A DNA stretch of 64,000 nt from an uncultured Trueperaceae bacterium. Its GTDB lineage: Bacteria > Deinococcota > Deinococci > Deinococcales > Trueperaceae. The DNA lies in NCBI GenBank assembly GCA_963815215.1, contig CAWFFU010000003.1:256001-320000 (forward strand), in the 5' to 3' direction. Within the stretch, counting starts at the first letter, position 1. Each line of letters begins with the position of its first letter. Under the pieces are notes generated by a model. That model made no database searches, was not told where the DNA came from, and worked only from the letters and a program-made list of their open reading frames with translations. This document shows positions 32,455 through 42,242 of this stretch, in pieces. The translations under genes were made by a program, and so were the position numbers.

Positions 32455-32724
32455 TCAGCGGCGCAGGCCGAGACTCGCGATGAGTTCCTTGTATCCGTCG
32501 TAGTTGGTGCGCTCCAGGTAGCCGAGCAGGCGCTTGCGCTGCCCGACCATCTTGAGCAGGCCGCGCCGGCTGTGGTGATCCTTGGTGTGGGTGCGCAGAT
32601 GTTGGCTCAGCTCCTCGATGCGAGCGGTGAGCAGCGCCACCTGAACGGCCGTGGAGCCGGTGTCCTTCTCGTCGCGGCCGTACTTCCGGATGATCTCCAG
32701 TTTGCCCGCGGGTTCCATCGTCAT
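32455..32724 (-). CDS. rpsO: 30S ribosomal protein S15
   Basis: [33 protein letters not shown]; 89 aa. Confidence 0.97.
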   Translation of the reverse strand: MTMEPAGKLEIIRKYGRDEKDTGSTAVQVALLTARIEELSQHLRTHTKDHHSRRGLLKMVGQRKRLLGYLERTNYDGYKELIASLGLRR

Positions 32725-32879
32725 AGATATCAGCCCTTTCAAGGCGTGGATCCGGCACGGATCGGAGGGATAGAGGCGATGCCGAGCCAGAACACTAACG
32801 TGGAAGTGTAGCATACCCCTGCCTCGCGGCCCAAACCGGCGCCGTCACGACGTCGCGGGGCGGGGCCGCCACGCGACGT

Positions 32880-34829
32880 TCAGGGGTGTTGCTCGAACCA
32901 CGTCACGATGGCGTCGAGGCGTGCCAGGCGCCGGTCCGGCCGGCCCGACCGCGACAGCTCGTGCCCTTCATCGGGAACGCGCAGGAAGGCCGTGTCGGCT
33001 TTGCCGAGCCGCTTCAAGGCGGTGTACCACTGCTCCGCCTGCTCCATGGGGCATCGGTGGTCCTGTTCGGAGTGGATCACCAGCGTCGGCGTGCTCACTC
33101 TGGCGACGTGTTTGAGCGGGCTCTGGTCCCACAGGCGCTCGAGGTCCTCCCAGGGCGTGCCGCCCTGCTGGCGCTCCACGAACCGGTAGCCGATGTCCGA
33201 GGTACCGTAGAAGCTCAGCCAGTTGCAGATGCTGCGCTGCGTCACGGCGCTTCGGAAGCGCTCGGTCTGCGTGACCAGCCAGTTGGTCATGAAGCCGCCG
33301 TAGCTGCCGCCGGTGAGATGGACCGGGGCCTCCGGCTGGCGGTGACGTTCCGCGGCGTGCTCGGCGATCGCCATCACGTCACGGGCGTCGCCGCCGCCGT
33401 AATCTCCGAGCACCGCCTGGTAGAAGTCGACGCCGTAGGAGCTGCCGCCGCGGGGGTTGCCGTAGACGACGCTGTAGCCACGCGCCGACAGCAGGTGGAA
33501 CTCGAAGCTGAAGCCGTAGCCGTAGTTGGTATGGGGGCCGCCGTGGACCTCGACCACCATGGCGCGGTCGCGCCGCGCGCGCACCGGCGGCAGCGTCCAG
33601 TAGGTCAGCTCCTGCCCGTCGTCGGCGGTGAAGGTCACGGCGTCGGAAGCGGGCTTCAGGCGAACCTCGTCGAGCCAGGCTCGATGGTAGGCGCTCACCT
33701 GGCGCTCCTGGCTGCCGGGTTCGCGCACCAGCAGCTCGGCGGGGGAGGAGGGCGTCTCCACCGTCGTCAGGGCGCGCCCGGCGGCATAGGCGAACGAGGT
33801 CACGGCGCGCTGCCCGTCCATCAGGGGCGTGACGCCGCCCTCCAGCGCCACCCGCGCGAGCCCGCTGGCGCCCTCCCGGTTGAGGTTGAACACGATGCTG
33901 GCGTCGTCGTCCCAGACCGGCTTCTGCGGGTACGCGCCGTAGCGGCAGTCGCCGCTGATGCTGGCCGCGGCCTCGAGTGCGCCGGTCAGCAGGTGCGGCC
34001 GGCCCCCGGCGGCATCGACCACCCACACTCCGAGCGGGCTGGCGATGTCGTCGGACACGGAGGGAGCCAGGAAGGCCAGATGGCGGCCGTCGGGCGAGGG
34101 CGCCGGAGCGCCGGGGGCCAGCAGGTCGGCGACGACCGTCCGCAGCTGGCGGCTGCGCACGTCGAGCGCGTACAGCCCCCCGCGCCAGATGTCCTCCTGC
34201 GCCTCGCTCTCGGCGCTCACGAAGTACAGGGTCTCGCCGTCGGGGGAGAAGACGGGCTGGGAGGCGCTCACCGGCAGGTCGGTGAGCTTCCGGGAGCGGC
34301 CGCTCCGCAGGCTGAAGAGGTGGATCTGGGCGGGTGTGTCCGGTTCGAAGCCCCCGCCGTCGGCCTTGTAGTGCAGCCGCTCGACACGGCGCGGGAGCCC
34401 ACGCTGCGCCGCCACGTCCTGCCAGTCGCCGCGCGTGACGAGTGCCAGTCGCCGGCCGTCGGGGTGCCAGGCGAAGGCCTCGACGCCCGCCGCGAAGCTC
34501 GTCACCACCTCGGCTTCGCCGCCGTCGAGCGGGATCAGCGCGAGTTGCGGCCGGTCCTTCTCGCCGGCGCGCCGCAGGAACGCCAGCAGGCCGCCAGCGG
34601 GCGCGAAGCGGGGCGAGGTGTCGCCGAAGTCACCGGCCGTGAGGGCGCGCTCCTCGCCGCCGTCGAGGTCGATCTGCACGATCCGGGGTCGGTAGCGCGG
34701 GGGCGCGTCGCCGTCGGCCGGCACGATGCGCGTCACGACGGCGGCAGCGAGCTGCGCGTCCGAGGAGAGCTGGGGGTCGGAGACGAAGGCGAGGCTCACG
34801 AGGTCACCGGTCTCGAGGCGACGGGGCAT
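32880..34829 (-). CDS. S9 family (prolyl oligo/acylaminoacyl) peptidase
   Basis: Beta-propeller N-terminus; HGGP, GGSYGG, DHRCP, EGHE catalytic motifs. Confidence 0.9.
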   Translation of the reverse strand: MPRRLETGDLVSLAFVSDPQLSSDAQLAAAVVTRIVPADGDAPPRYRPRIVQIDLDGGEERALTAGDFGDTSPRFAPAGGLLAFLRRAGEKDRPQLALIPLDGGEAEVVTSFAAGVEAFAWHPDGRRLALVTRGDWQDVAAQRGLPRRVERLHYKADGGGFEPDTPAQIHLFSLRSGRSRKLTDLPVSASQPVFSPDGETLYFVSAESEAQEDIWRGGLYALDVRSRQLRTVVADLLAPGAPAPSPDGRHLAFLAPSVSDDIASPLGVWVVDAAGGRPHLLTGALEAAASISGDCRYGAYPQKPVWDDDASIVFNLNREGASGLARVALEGGVTPLMDGQRAVTSFAYAAGRALTTVETPSSPAELLVREPGSQERQVSAYHRAWLDEVRLKPASDAVTFTADDGQELTYWTLPPVRARRDRAMVVEVHGGPHTNYGYGFSFEFHLLSARGYSVVYGNPRGGSSYGVDFYQAVLGDYGGGDARDVMAIAEHAAERHRQPEAPVHLTGGSYGGFMTNWLVTQTERFRSAVTQRSICNWLSFYGTSDIGYRFVERQQGGTPWEDLERLWDQSPLKHVARVSTPTLVIHSEQDHRCPMEQAEQWYTALKRLGKADTAFLRVPDEGHELSRSGRPDRRLARLDAIVTWFEQHP

Positions 34830-34839
34830 GGCGTTCCTC

Positions 34840-35580
34840 CTATCGGTCGAGCGGTGCGGAAGCACGCGCCCGCATGACGCTGTACACGAGGATCCCGGCC
34901 GCGACCGAGGCGTTGAGCGATCCGACCTTGCCGCGGACGGGGATTCGCACGGTGTCGTCGCAGCGTTCGCGTACCAGGCGCCGCAGACCGTCCCCTTCGG
35001 AGCCGATCACCAGGGCGGCGTCGCGGTCCCAGTCCACCTGCTCTGGGAGTTGCGCGCCGTCGGCGTCGCTGCCGTACACCCAGACGTTGCGCTCCTTGAG
35101 CTCGGCGATCGCCTGCGGAAGGTTGGGGACCGTCACCAATGGGAGGTGGCTGGTCGCGCCCGCCGCCGTCTTCACCACCACGGGGGACAGGGGGGCGCTG
35201 CGCCGGGTCTCCATCACCACGCCGTGCGCGCCGAGGACCTCGGCGCTGCGGATGATGGCGCCGACGTTGTGGGGGTCGGTGAGGTGGTCGAGCAGCACCA
35301 CCAGCAGGCGCTCGCCGCGCGTCGCGGCCAGCGCGAACACGTCGTCGAGGCTGCCGCTGCGCGGCTCCGGCAGCTCCGCCGCCACGCCCTGGTGCGCGGT
35401 GGTCTTGAGCGCCCGGTCGAGGTCGATGCGCGGGACCTCGTCGAGGGGGACGCCGGCGCGGTCGGACGCCGACCGCAGCTCGGAGAGCGTCTGCTGCTTC
35501 ACGCCGCGCGCGACCAGCACACGCTCCACGCCGCCCCCGCGGAGTGCTTCCAGCACGGCTCTTCGCCCGTAGATGAGCAT
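34840..35580 (-). CDS. rlmB: 23S rRNA (Gm2251) 2'-O-methyltransferase
   Basis: IYGRRAVLEAL, HQGV, DPHNVGAIIRSA, GSEGDGL, SLNASVA. Confidence 0.9.
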   Translation of the reverse strand: MLIYGRRAVLEALRGGGVERVLVARGVKQQTLSELRSASDRAGVPLDEVPRIDLDRALKTTAHQGVAAELPEPRSGSLDDVFALAATRGERLLVVLLDHLTDPHNVGAIIRSAEVLGAHGVVMETRRSAPLSPVVVKTAAGATSHLPLVTVPNLPQAIAELKERNVWVYGSDADGAQLPEQVDWDRDAALVIGSEGDGLRRLVRERCDDTVRIPVRGKVGSLNASVAAGILVYSVMRARASAPLDR

Positions 35581-35596
35581 GTCGCGAGTATACGGC

Positions 35597-36496
35597 TCAG
35601 GCGGCCGGCGGCCGGAGCGCCCGGCGGGCCGCATGGGCGTCGCGGGCGAGCTGCGCCTGGAGATCCGCCAGACCCTCGAAGCGCCGTTGCGCACGTAGGA
35701 AGGTATGGAATCGGGTGGTGATCACGGTGCCGTAGAGATCGTCGTCGAAGTCGAAGAGGTGGGCCTCGAGCGAGGGGACCTCGTCGGGGAAGCTGGGCCG
35801 CGGCCCGACGTTGGCCATGCCGTCGAAGGTGCCCTGCGGGGTCTCCACCCGCACCGCGTACACGCCCAGCGGCAGCGCCTTGCGCTCGTCGGTGTGGATG
35901 TTGGCGGTGGGGAAGCCGATGCTGGCGCCGCGTGCGTCGCCGTGGGCCACGCTGCCGCGCACCGGGTAAGGGGCGCCGAGCAGGGCGTTGGCGCGCGCGA
36001 TGTGTCCCTGCGCCAGGTGGTCGCGGACGTGCGACGACTTGACCACTTCCCCCTCGAGGGTCTTCAGGCCGAAGGCTTCGAGCCGATCCGCGATAGGGGA
36101 TAGATCGTTCAGTCCGCCTTCGCGATCGTGCCCGAAGCGGAAGTCTTCGCCCACGATGATGGCGTGCGGCGTCAGCGCGCGCAGCTGGTCCGTGAAGCTT
36201 CTCTTGTCGGTGCGCGCGTATTCGCGCGAGAAGGGGACCATGGCCACCACGTCGGGTCGGTAGGGCTGCAGCAGGTCGAGCTTCTCCTCGGCGCTGTTGA
36301 GGAACGTGGCATGGCCGAACACCACCTTGGCGGGAGGGAAGAAGGTCAGCACCATGGCCGGCCGCCCGCTGGCATCGGCGAGCTCGCGCATCCGGTCGAG
36401 CAGCATCCTGTGACCGAGATGGACCCCGTCGAAGTTGCCGATGGAGAGGACGACGCCCTCGAGCGCGGCGGCGTCCGGGCTGTCGACCACCCTCAC
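35597..36496 (-). CDS. ribF: Bifunctional riboflavin kinase/FAD synthetase
   Basis: GNFDGVHLGH, GEDFRFG, GFPTAN, EAHLFDF. Confidence 0.93.
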   Translation of the reverse strand: MRVVDSPDAAALEGVVLSIGNFDGVHLGHRMLLDRMRELADASGRPAMVLTFFPPAKVVFGHATFLNSAEEKLDLLQPYRPDVVAMVPFSREYARTDKRSFTDQLRALTPHAIIVGEDFRFGHDREGGLNDLSPIADRLEAFGLKTLEGEVVKSSHVRDHLAQGHIARANALLGAPYPVRGSVAHGDARGASIGFPTANIHTDERKALPLGVYAVRVETPQGTFDGMANVGPRPSFPDEVPSLEAHLFDFDDDLYGTVITTRFHTFLRAQRRFEGLADLQAQLARDAHAARRALRPPAA

Positions 36497-36984
36497 GGCT
36501 GGATCCCGAGGCGGGCCAGCGCGTGACGCAGGCCGAGCAGCGTCACGCCGCTGGTGGAGAGTTCCCCGCTCTTCACGGCGTTCCACAGCTCGAGCGCGTC
36601 GCGCCACTCGACGTGCAGTTCCTCACCCTCGTCCGGAGTGCCGTGGACGCTGTGGACGTCATGGGCCTCGAACAGGTGGATGCACTCGTCGCTGAAGCCG
36701 GGGGAGGCGTACAGGCGGGTGAGCAGGGTCAGGCGCCCGCCGAGCTGCGTCTCCTCGGCGAGCTCGCGACGCGCCGCTTCCTCCGGGCGCTCGCCGGGAT
36801 CGATGAGGCCGGCCGGCAGCTCCCAGGTGACGGCGTGCACGGCCGGCCGCTGTTGCACCACGCCCAGCACGCTAGGCCCGCGCTGGACCAGTACGGCGAC
36901 GGCGTCCGGGTGCTCGACGACCTCCCAGCGCTCGTCGAGCACAGCGACCGTGATGATCCTGCCGCGGAAGACCTCGTTTCGCAC
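36493..36984 (-). CDS. Nudix hydrolase (ADP-ribose pyrophosphatase-like)
   Basis: ELPAGLIDPGE..AARRELAEE and SPGFSDE. Confidence 0.88.
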   Translation of the reverse strand: MRNEVFRGRIITVAVLDERWEVVEHPDAVAVLVQRGPSVLGVVQQRPAVHAVTWELPAGLIDPGERPEEAARRELAEETQLGGRLTLLTRLYASPGFSDECIHLFEAHDVHSVHGTPDEGEELHVEWRDALELWNAVKSGELSTSGVTLLGLRHALARLGIQP

Positions 36985-37050
36985 GACCGCCAGCCTACCA
37001 GAACGGCCCCCGGCGCGCCTTCTCGCCGGGGGCCGCGATGGGACGTGGAC

Positions 37051-38121
37051 TCAGTTCTCGGGGCTGTCGGGGTTGTAGCGCAGGAACGCGGGGATGTCGT
37101 AGTTGCTCGGGTCGTAGCTACGCCCCCCGGCGGCCGCGCGCAGATGCGTGGGGCGGAGCACCTTCACCTGCGGCGACTGGTCGAACCCGGCAGCGATGAC
37201 GGTCACGCGCACCTCGTCGGCGGCGTCCTCGTCGTAGGTGACACCGAAGAGCACGTTGACGTCCTCGACCTCGGTGGCCTCGCTGATCTTCTCGACGATC
37301 TCGTGGGCGTCGAAGAGCGTCAGGTCCTCGGAGCCGGTGATGTTGATGAGCAGGTGCCGCGCGCCTTCCACCCCGCGGGCCAGCAGCGGGCTGTGGGTGG
37401 CGCTGTTCGACGCCTCGTCGGCGAGCTTCTCGCCGCGGCCGGCGCCGATGCCCATCAGCACCGTGCCTGCGCCCTGCAACAGCGTCTTGACGTCGGCGAA
37501 GTCGACGTTGATCAGGCCCGGGACGTTGATGACGTCGCTGATGCCGCGCACGCCGTGGTAGAGCACCCGGTCGGCGACGCGGAAGGCGTCAGTGAGCTTC
37601 ACCTTGCGGTCGAGGGCCGACAGCAGGCGCTGGTTCTCGACCACGATGAGCGCGTCGACCTTGTCCTCGAGCTTGCGCAGGCCTTCGTCGGCCTGGCGCA
37701 TGCGCTTGGGTCCCTCGAACATGAACGGGGTGGTGACCACGGCCACCGTCAGCGCCCCGAGCTCGCGGGCCACCTCGGCCACGACCGGAGCACTGCCCGT
37801 GCCGGTGCCGCCGCCCATGCCGGCGGTGATGAACACCAGGTCGCAGCCGCGGAGCGTCTCGGCGATGCGGTCGCGGTCCTCGAGCGCTGCCTGCTCGCCG
37901 ATCTCCGGGTTGGCGCCGGCGCCCAGGCCCTTGGTGATGTGATCGCCCATCTGGATGCGGGTGTCGGCCAGGCTGGTGGCGAGCACCTGCGCGTCCGTGT
38001 TGGCGGCGACGAACTCGACGCCCTTGAGACCGGTCTCGATCATGCGGTTGACGGCGTTGTTGCCGCCTCCACCCAGACCGATGACCCGAATGACCGCGTT
38101 CTCGCTCTGATTCATGCTCAC
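37051..38121 (-). CDS. ftsZ: Cell division protein FtsZ
   Basis: GGGGNNAV, GMGGGTGTG, INVDFAD, C-terminal DIPAFLR. Confidence 0.98.
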   Translation of the reverse strand: MSMNQSENAVIRVIGLGGGGNNAVNRMIETGLKGVEFVAANTDAQVLATSLADTRIQMGDHITKGLGAGANPEIGEQAALEDRDRIAETLRGCDLVFITAGMGGGTGTGSAPVVAEVARELGALTVAVVTTPFMFEGPKRMRQADEGLRKLEDKVDALIVVENQRLLSALDRKVKLTDAFRVADRVLYHGVRGISDVINVPGLINVDFADVKTLLQGAGTVLMGIGAGRGEKLADEASNSATHSPLLARGVEGARHLLINITGSEDLTLFDAHEIVEKISEATEVEDVNVLFGVTYDEDAADEVRVTVIAAGFDQSPQVKVLRPTHLRAAAGGRSYDPSNYDIPAFLRYNPDSPEN

Positions 38122-38142
38122 GTCCTCACGCTCCCCACCGGC

Positions 38143-39381
38143 TCAGAAGAAATCCTTCAGGATATTCCGGATGCTCGAAAAGATGCCTCCCGCACGGTCG
38201 TCCTCTTTGGCGTGACGCTGCGGGCCAGGGGGCTGGCTCCCCAGCTGCGTCATCCCGTACCGCACCAGGCCGACGGCCGTGGCGTGGGCCGGGCTGGCGA
38301 CGACGTCCGCCAGGCCCGAGACCCCCTCGGGCTTGCCGATGCGCACCGGCAAGCGGAAGCGATCGGTCGCCACCTGCTCGATCCCCGGCATCAGGGAGGC
38401 GCCTCCCGTCACCACCACGTTGCCGGCCAGGAGCTCCAGCGCGCCCATGCGCTGCTCGATGTTGCGCTTCACGAGGTCGAGGATCTCGATGACGCGAGGT
38501 TTGATGACCTGCGCCAGCTCGAACGTCGAGATGCTGGCGGTGTAACTCGGGTTGGCTACTTCCAGCTCGACGTCGCGATCGGCCAGCTCGGGCAGCGCCA
38601 CGCCGTAGCGGCGCTTCACACGCTCGGCCTCGTCGGGCGGGATGCGCAGAAGCTGGCTGATGTCCTGCGTGATGTGGTCGCCGCCCAGCGGGATGACCGC
38701 CGAGTGGGCGAGGGTGCCCCGCCGGAACACGCCGACGTCGGTGGTGCCGCCGCCGATGTCGATGAGCAGCGTGGTGAGTTCCTGCTCGCCGTTGTTGAGC
38801 ACGGCCAGCCCGGAAGCCAGCGCCTGCACCACCAGGCCGTCGACGCCGACGCCGGCGTCGCCGGCGCAGCGCTTGAGGTTCTGGAGCGGCCCCTGCGCGC
38901 CGGCCACGATGTGGACGTCGACCTCGAGCCGCACACCGGACATGCCGACCGGGTCCTTGATGCCGTCGTTGCCGTCGACCACGTACTCCTGGGGGATGAC
39001 GTGGATCATCTCCATGTTGGCTTCCAGCGGCACCGCGCGGGCGTTCTCGATGGTTCGCTCGATGTCGGCGCGCGTCACCTGCTGGCCCCGGCGGATCGCC
39101 GCCATGCCGTGGCTGGTGAGCGCCTTCAGGTGGCTGCCCGCCACGCCGACCCAGGCCGAGGTGACGGGCACGCCCGCCACGCGTTGTGCCGCGGCCACCG
39201 ATTGACGCACGGAGGCGATGGTGCGCTCGAGGTTGACGACCACGCCCTTGCGCAGGCCGTCGCTCGGCACCGTTCCCTCGCCGATGATGTCGAGCACGCC
39301 GTCGGACGCCACCTCGCCGATCACGGTGCAGATCTTGGTGGTCCCGATGTCTAGCCCGACGATGATCCGTTCGTCACTCAT
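38143..39381 (-). CDS. ftsA: Cell division protein FtsA
   Basis: GLDIGTTK, DIGGGTT, GGDHIT, VTGG; dcw position. Confidence 0.96.
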   Translation of the reverse strand: MSDERIIVGLDIGTTKICTVIGEVASDGVLDIIGEGTVPSDGLRKGVVVNLERTIASVRQSVAAAQRVAGVPVTSAWVGVAGSHLKALTSHGMAAIRRGQQVTRADIERTIENARAVPLEANMEMIHVIPQEYVVDGNDGIKDPVGMSGVRLEVDVHIVAGAQGPLQNLKRCAGDAGVGVDGLVVQALASGLAVLNNGEQELTTLLIDIGGGTTDVGVFRRGTLAHSAVIPLGGDHITQDISQLLRIPPDEAERVKRRYGVALPELADRDVELEVANPSYTASISTFELAQVIKPRVIEILDLVKRNIEQRMGALELLAGNVVVTGGASLMPGIEQVATDRFRLPVRIGKPEGVSGLADVVASPAHATAVGLVRYGMTQLGSQPPGPQRHAKEDDRAGGIFSSIRNILKDFF

Positions 39382-39973
39382 GTGCCTTGCTCACTCCCCA
39401 CGGATACACTGCAACGCGCCCCCCGCGGTGACTCTCGAAGGCGGCCCACTGCTTCTCCAAGGCCTCCGCACTCGGTGTGAAAAGAGACGTCCCCGTCAAT
39501 TGAATCTCGAATCCTTCTGGCGAGTAGCTTATCACCTTGGGCCCGTAGGGATGCAGGAGGCGCAGCAGCGTCATGACCTCGTCGAACCGTGGCGGCCCCC
39601 AGCCTTCGAGTCTCGGCAGCGTGGCCCGAACGTCGGCGGGAACTCCCGGCAGCACGGTTCCGTCGCTGGCCCAGGTGGTGGTGCCGTCGGTGAGCGCGGG
39701 GTGGCGCTCCCAGATCATGATGGAGACGGTGTCGGGCCAGTGCCGGATGACCCGGACCCTGCGCACCCAGGGGGCGTGCGCCAGGTGCCGCAGCCGGTAG
39801 CTGGTCACCCACAGGATGGGATCGCCGGGCGCGACGTCGGCGAGCTTCAGGACCTGGGCGCGCGTCAGGTGCTCGGTGCCGCTCACCTCGACCCGCACGA
39901 TGGCGGGCACGAAGCGGCTGGTGATCAGGACGGCGGCCGCGACCAGGAGCAGCACGATCAACAGCGCGCGCAT
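39374..39973 (-). CDS. ftsQ: FtsQ/DivIB-like POTRA protein
   Basis: TM helix followed by a POTRA domain (PWVRRVRVIRHWPDTVSI..ER); lies between murB and ftsA. Confidence 0.8.
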   Translation of the reverse strand: MRALLIVLLLVAAAVLITSRFVPAIVRVEVSGTEHLTRAQVLKLADVAPGDPILWVTSYRLRHLAHAPWVRRVRVIRHWPDTVSIMIWERHPALTDGTTTWASDGTVLPGVPADVRATLPRLEGWGPPRFDEVMTLLRLLHPYGPKVISYSPEGFEIQLTGTSLFTPSAEALEKQWAAFESHRGGRVAVYPWGVSKAHE

Positions 39974-39988
39974 GCCGGACCTCCCACG

Positions 39989-40819
39989 TCAGAACCCCCA
40001 CCTGCGCCACTCCAGTTCCAGCGGGACCGGAGTGCGGCGGCGGATCTGCTCGAGCAGCTCGCACACGTCGCGGGCGGTGGCGGCGCCCAGGTTGACGATG
40101 AAGTTGCCGTGCTCGAGGGCCACCATGGCGTCGCCGACGCGCAGCCCCTTGAGGCCCGCGGCGTCGATCACCCGCCCGGCGCTGTCGCCGGGAGGGTTCT
40201 TGAATGCACATCCGGCCGACTTGATCTTGGGTTGGCCCTTGCGCGCTGCGTCCACCACGGTCATGCGCGCCTGCACCGCGTCGGGCTCCGAGGGGCTCAA
40301 CCGCAGGCGGGCGCGCGTAACCACCGCGCCGTCGGGCAGCTCGACGTGGCGGTACGCCAGCGCCAGGGCGTCCGCCGGCACGCGTTCGAGTCCGCCGTTG
40401 ACGAACAGCTCGACCTCCTGCAGGGTGTCGCCGATCTCGCCGAAACGGGTGCCGGCATTCATCGCCACCGCGCCGCCCAGCACCGCCGGAACGCCGAGCA
40501 GGCCCTCCAGGCCGGAGAGGCCGAGCCTCTGGGCGCGGCGGACCAGGCCCGGCAGCGGCGTGGCCGCTCCCAGCCACAACTCGCGACCGCCGTCGACCGC
40601 GCGCAGGTCGTTGAACGCCGGGCCGAGGCGGACGACCCGCTCCGGGATCCCGGCGTCGGCGACCAGCAGGTTGGATCCCGCGCCGATGACGCGGTAGGGC
40701 TCCCGGGTGGCCTCGGCCAGGCCCTCAGCGTCCTCGACTTCCCACAACTCGGCGGGCCCGCCGACCTTGAGGGTGGTGAGGTCGCGGAGCTCGACCGGAC
40801 GGACGCTAGCGTGCGGCAT
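39989..40819 (-). CDS. murB: UDP-N-acetylenolpyruvoylglucosamine reductase
   Basis: TTLKVGGPA, GAGSNLL, MNAG, SAGCAFKNP, HGNFIVN. Confidence 0.93.
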   Translation of the reverse strand: MPHASVRPVELRDLTTLKVGGPAELWEVEDAEGLAEATREPYRVIGAGSNLLVADAGIPERVVRLGPAFNDLRAVDGGRELWLGAATPLPGLVRRAQRLGLSGLEGLLGVPAVLGGAVAMNAGTRFGEIGDTLQEVELFVNGGLERVPADALALAYRHVELPDGAVVTRARLRLSPSEPDAVQARMTVVDAARKGQPKIKSAGCAFKNPPGDSAGRVIDAAGLKGLRVGDAMVALEHGNFIVNLGAATARDVCELLEQIRRRTPVPLELEWRRWGF

Positions 40820-42242
40820 GCGGCACCCCGTCACCGTCGCTCGCGTCGCTGCTCGCCTCGTCGCCGTGCGCTCCGTCGGGCGGCTCGTGCGCGGCGAGCG
40901 CGCGCGCCACACGCCACACGTCGCCCGCTCCGAGCGTGACGATGAGGTCGCCTGCGCGCAAGGTGGCGGCCAGGTAGGCCTCGGCCGAGGCCAGGTCGTG
41001 ATGCGAGGCGGGCACGCCTTGCTCGCGTACCCGCGCCACGATGGCCTCCACCGAGACCCCTGCGATGGGAGCCTCCCCGGCGGCGTAGATGTCGAGAACG
41101 ATCACCTCGTCGGCCAGCGCGGCGGCGTCGGCCAGGGCCCGCCAGTGGCGTGCGGTGCGGACCCAGCGGTGCGGTTGCAGTACGGCACGCACGCGCCGAC
41201 CGGTGGCGCGGGCGGTACGCAGGGTGGCGGCGACCTCGGTCGGGTGGTGCGCGTAGTCGTCGACGATCAGGGCGCCGCCGGGCTCGCCCCAGCGCTCCCA
41301 GCGCCGCCCCACGCCGCCGTAGGCGGCGAGCGCGCTCAGCCCGCCGGTGGCGTCGTAGCCGGCCAGCTCGACGGCGGCCAGGGCGCCGGCGGCGTTGAGG
41401 GCGTTGTGTTGACCGGGCACGGCCAGGGACACCTCGAGCGGGGGCCGCTCGGGCCGGGTGAGCCGGAAGCGGCTGCGCGCTTCCGAGAGCTCGAGCCCTT
41501 CGAGCCGGAAGTCCGCTCCGTCGGCCTCGCCGTAGGTGACGGCGCAGGGGTGGCCTTCGAAGAGGCTGTCCAACCCGCGCCAGTCCGCGCAGTACAGCAG
41601 CGTCCGACCGTTGGCGGCGAAGCGTCGGGCCGCTTCCTGGAGGTCCTCCAGGCTGGCGTGGTAGTTGCGTCGCTCATCGTACGGGCCGGCGATGTGGTCG
41701 TCCTCGAGGTTGGTCATCACCGCGACCGAGGAACTCAGGAGCGCGAAGCCGGGGTCGGACTCGTCGACCTCGGCCACCAGATCGGGACCCTCCCCGAAGC
41801 GGACGTTGCCGTCGATCGTGGGCAGGCGAGCGCCGATCTGCACCGACGGGTCGACGCCCAGTCCCAGCAGGACGGTCGCGGCCATGCCGGTGGTCGTGCT
41901 CTTGCCGTGGGTGCCTGAGATCGCGATGGTCCGGCGCGCCGCGAACAGCTCGGCCAGCAACTCGATGCGCTTCATCACGCGGGCGCCGCGGCGTCGGGCG
42001 GCGACCAGCTCGGGGTGGTCCGCGGCGATGGCCATGCTGTGCACCACCACGTCGGCGTCGTCGGCGTGGGCGGGGTCGTGCCCCCGGTGCACCTCGATGC
42101 CGCGCGCGGCGAGCAACTCCAGCACCGGACCGTCCAGCGCGTCGCAGCCGCTCACGTGGTAGCCCTCGCGCGCGAACCACAGCGCGAGCGCGTGCATGCT
42201 CACGCCGCCGACGCCGACGAAGTGGAGGTGGCGCGCGTTCAC
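40806..42242 (-). CDS. murC: UDP-N-acetylmuramate--L-alanine ligase
   Basis: GVGGVSM, GTHGKSTT, EVDESD, DDYAHHPTE, QPHR. Confidence 0.95.
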   Translation of the reverse strand: MNARHLHFVGVGGVSMHALALWFAREGYHVSGCDALDGPVLELLAARGIEVHRGHDPAHADDADVVVHSMAIAADHPELVAARRRGARVMKRIELLAELFAARRTIAISGTHGKSTTTGMAATVLLGLGVDPSVQIGARLPTIDGNVRFGEGPDLVAEVDESDPGFALLSSSVAVMTNLEDDHIAGPYDERRNYHASLEDLQEAARRFAANGRTLLYCADWRGLDSLFEGHPCAVTYGEADGADFRLEGLELSEARSRFRLTRPERPPLEVSLAVPGQHNALNAAGALAAVELAGYDATGGLSALAAYGGVGRRWERWGEPGGALIVDDYAHHPTEVAATLRTARATGRRVRAVLQPHRWVRTARHWRALADAAALADEVIVLDIYAAGEAPIAGVSVEAIVARVREQGVPASHHDLASAEAYLAATLRAGDLIVTLGAGDVWRVARALAAHEPPDGAHGDEASSDASDGDGVPHAAR

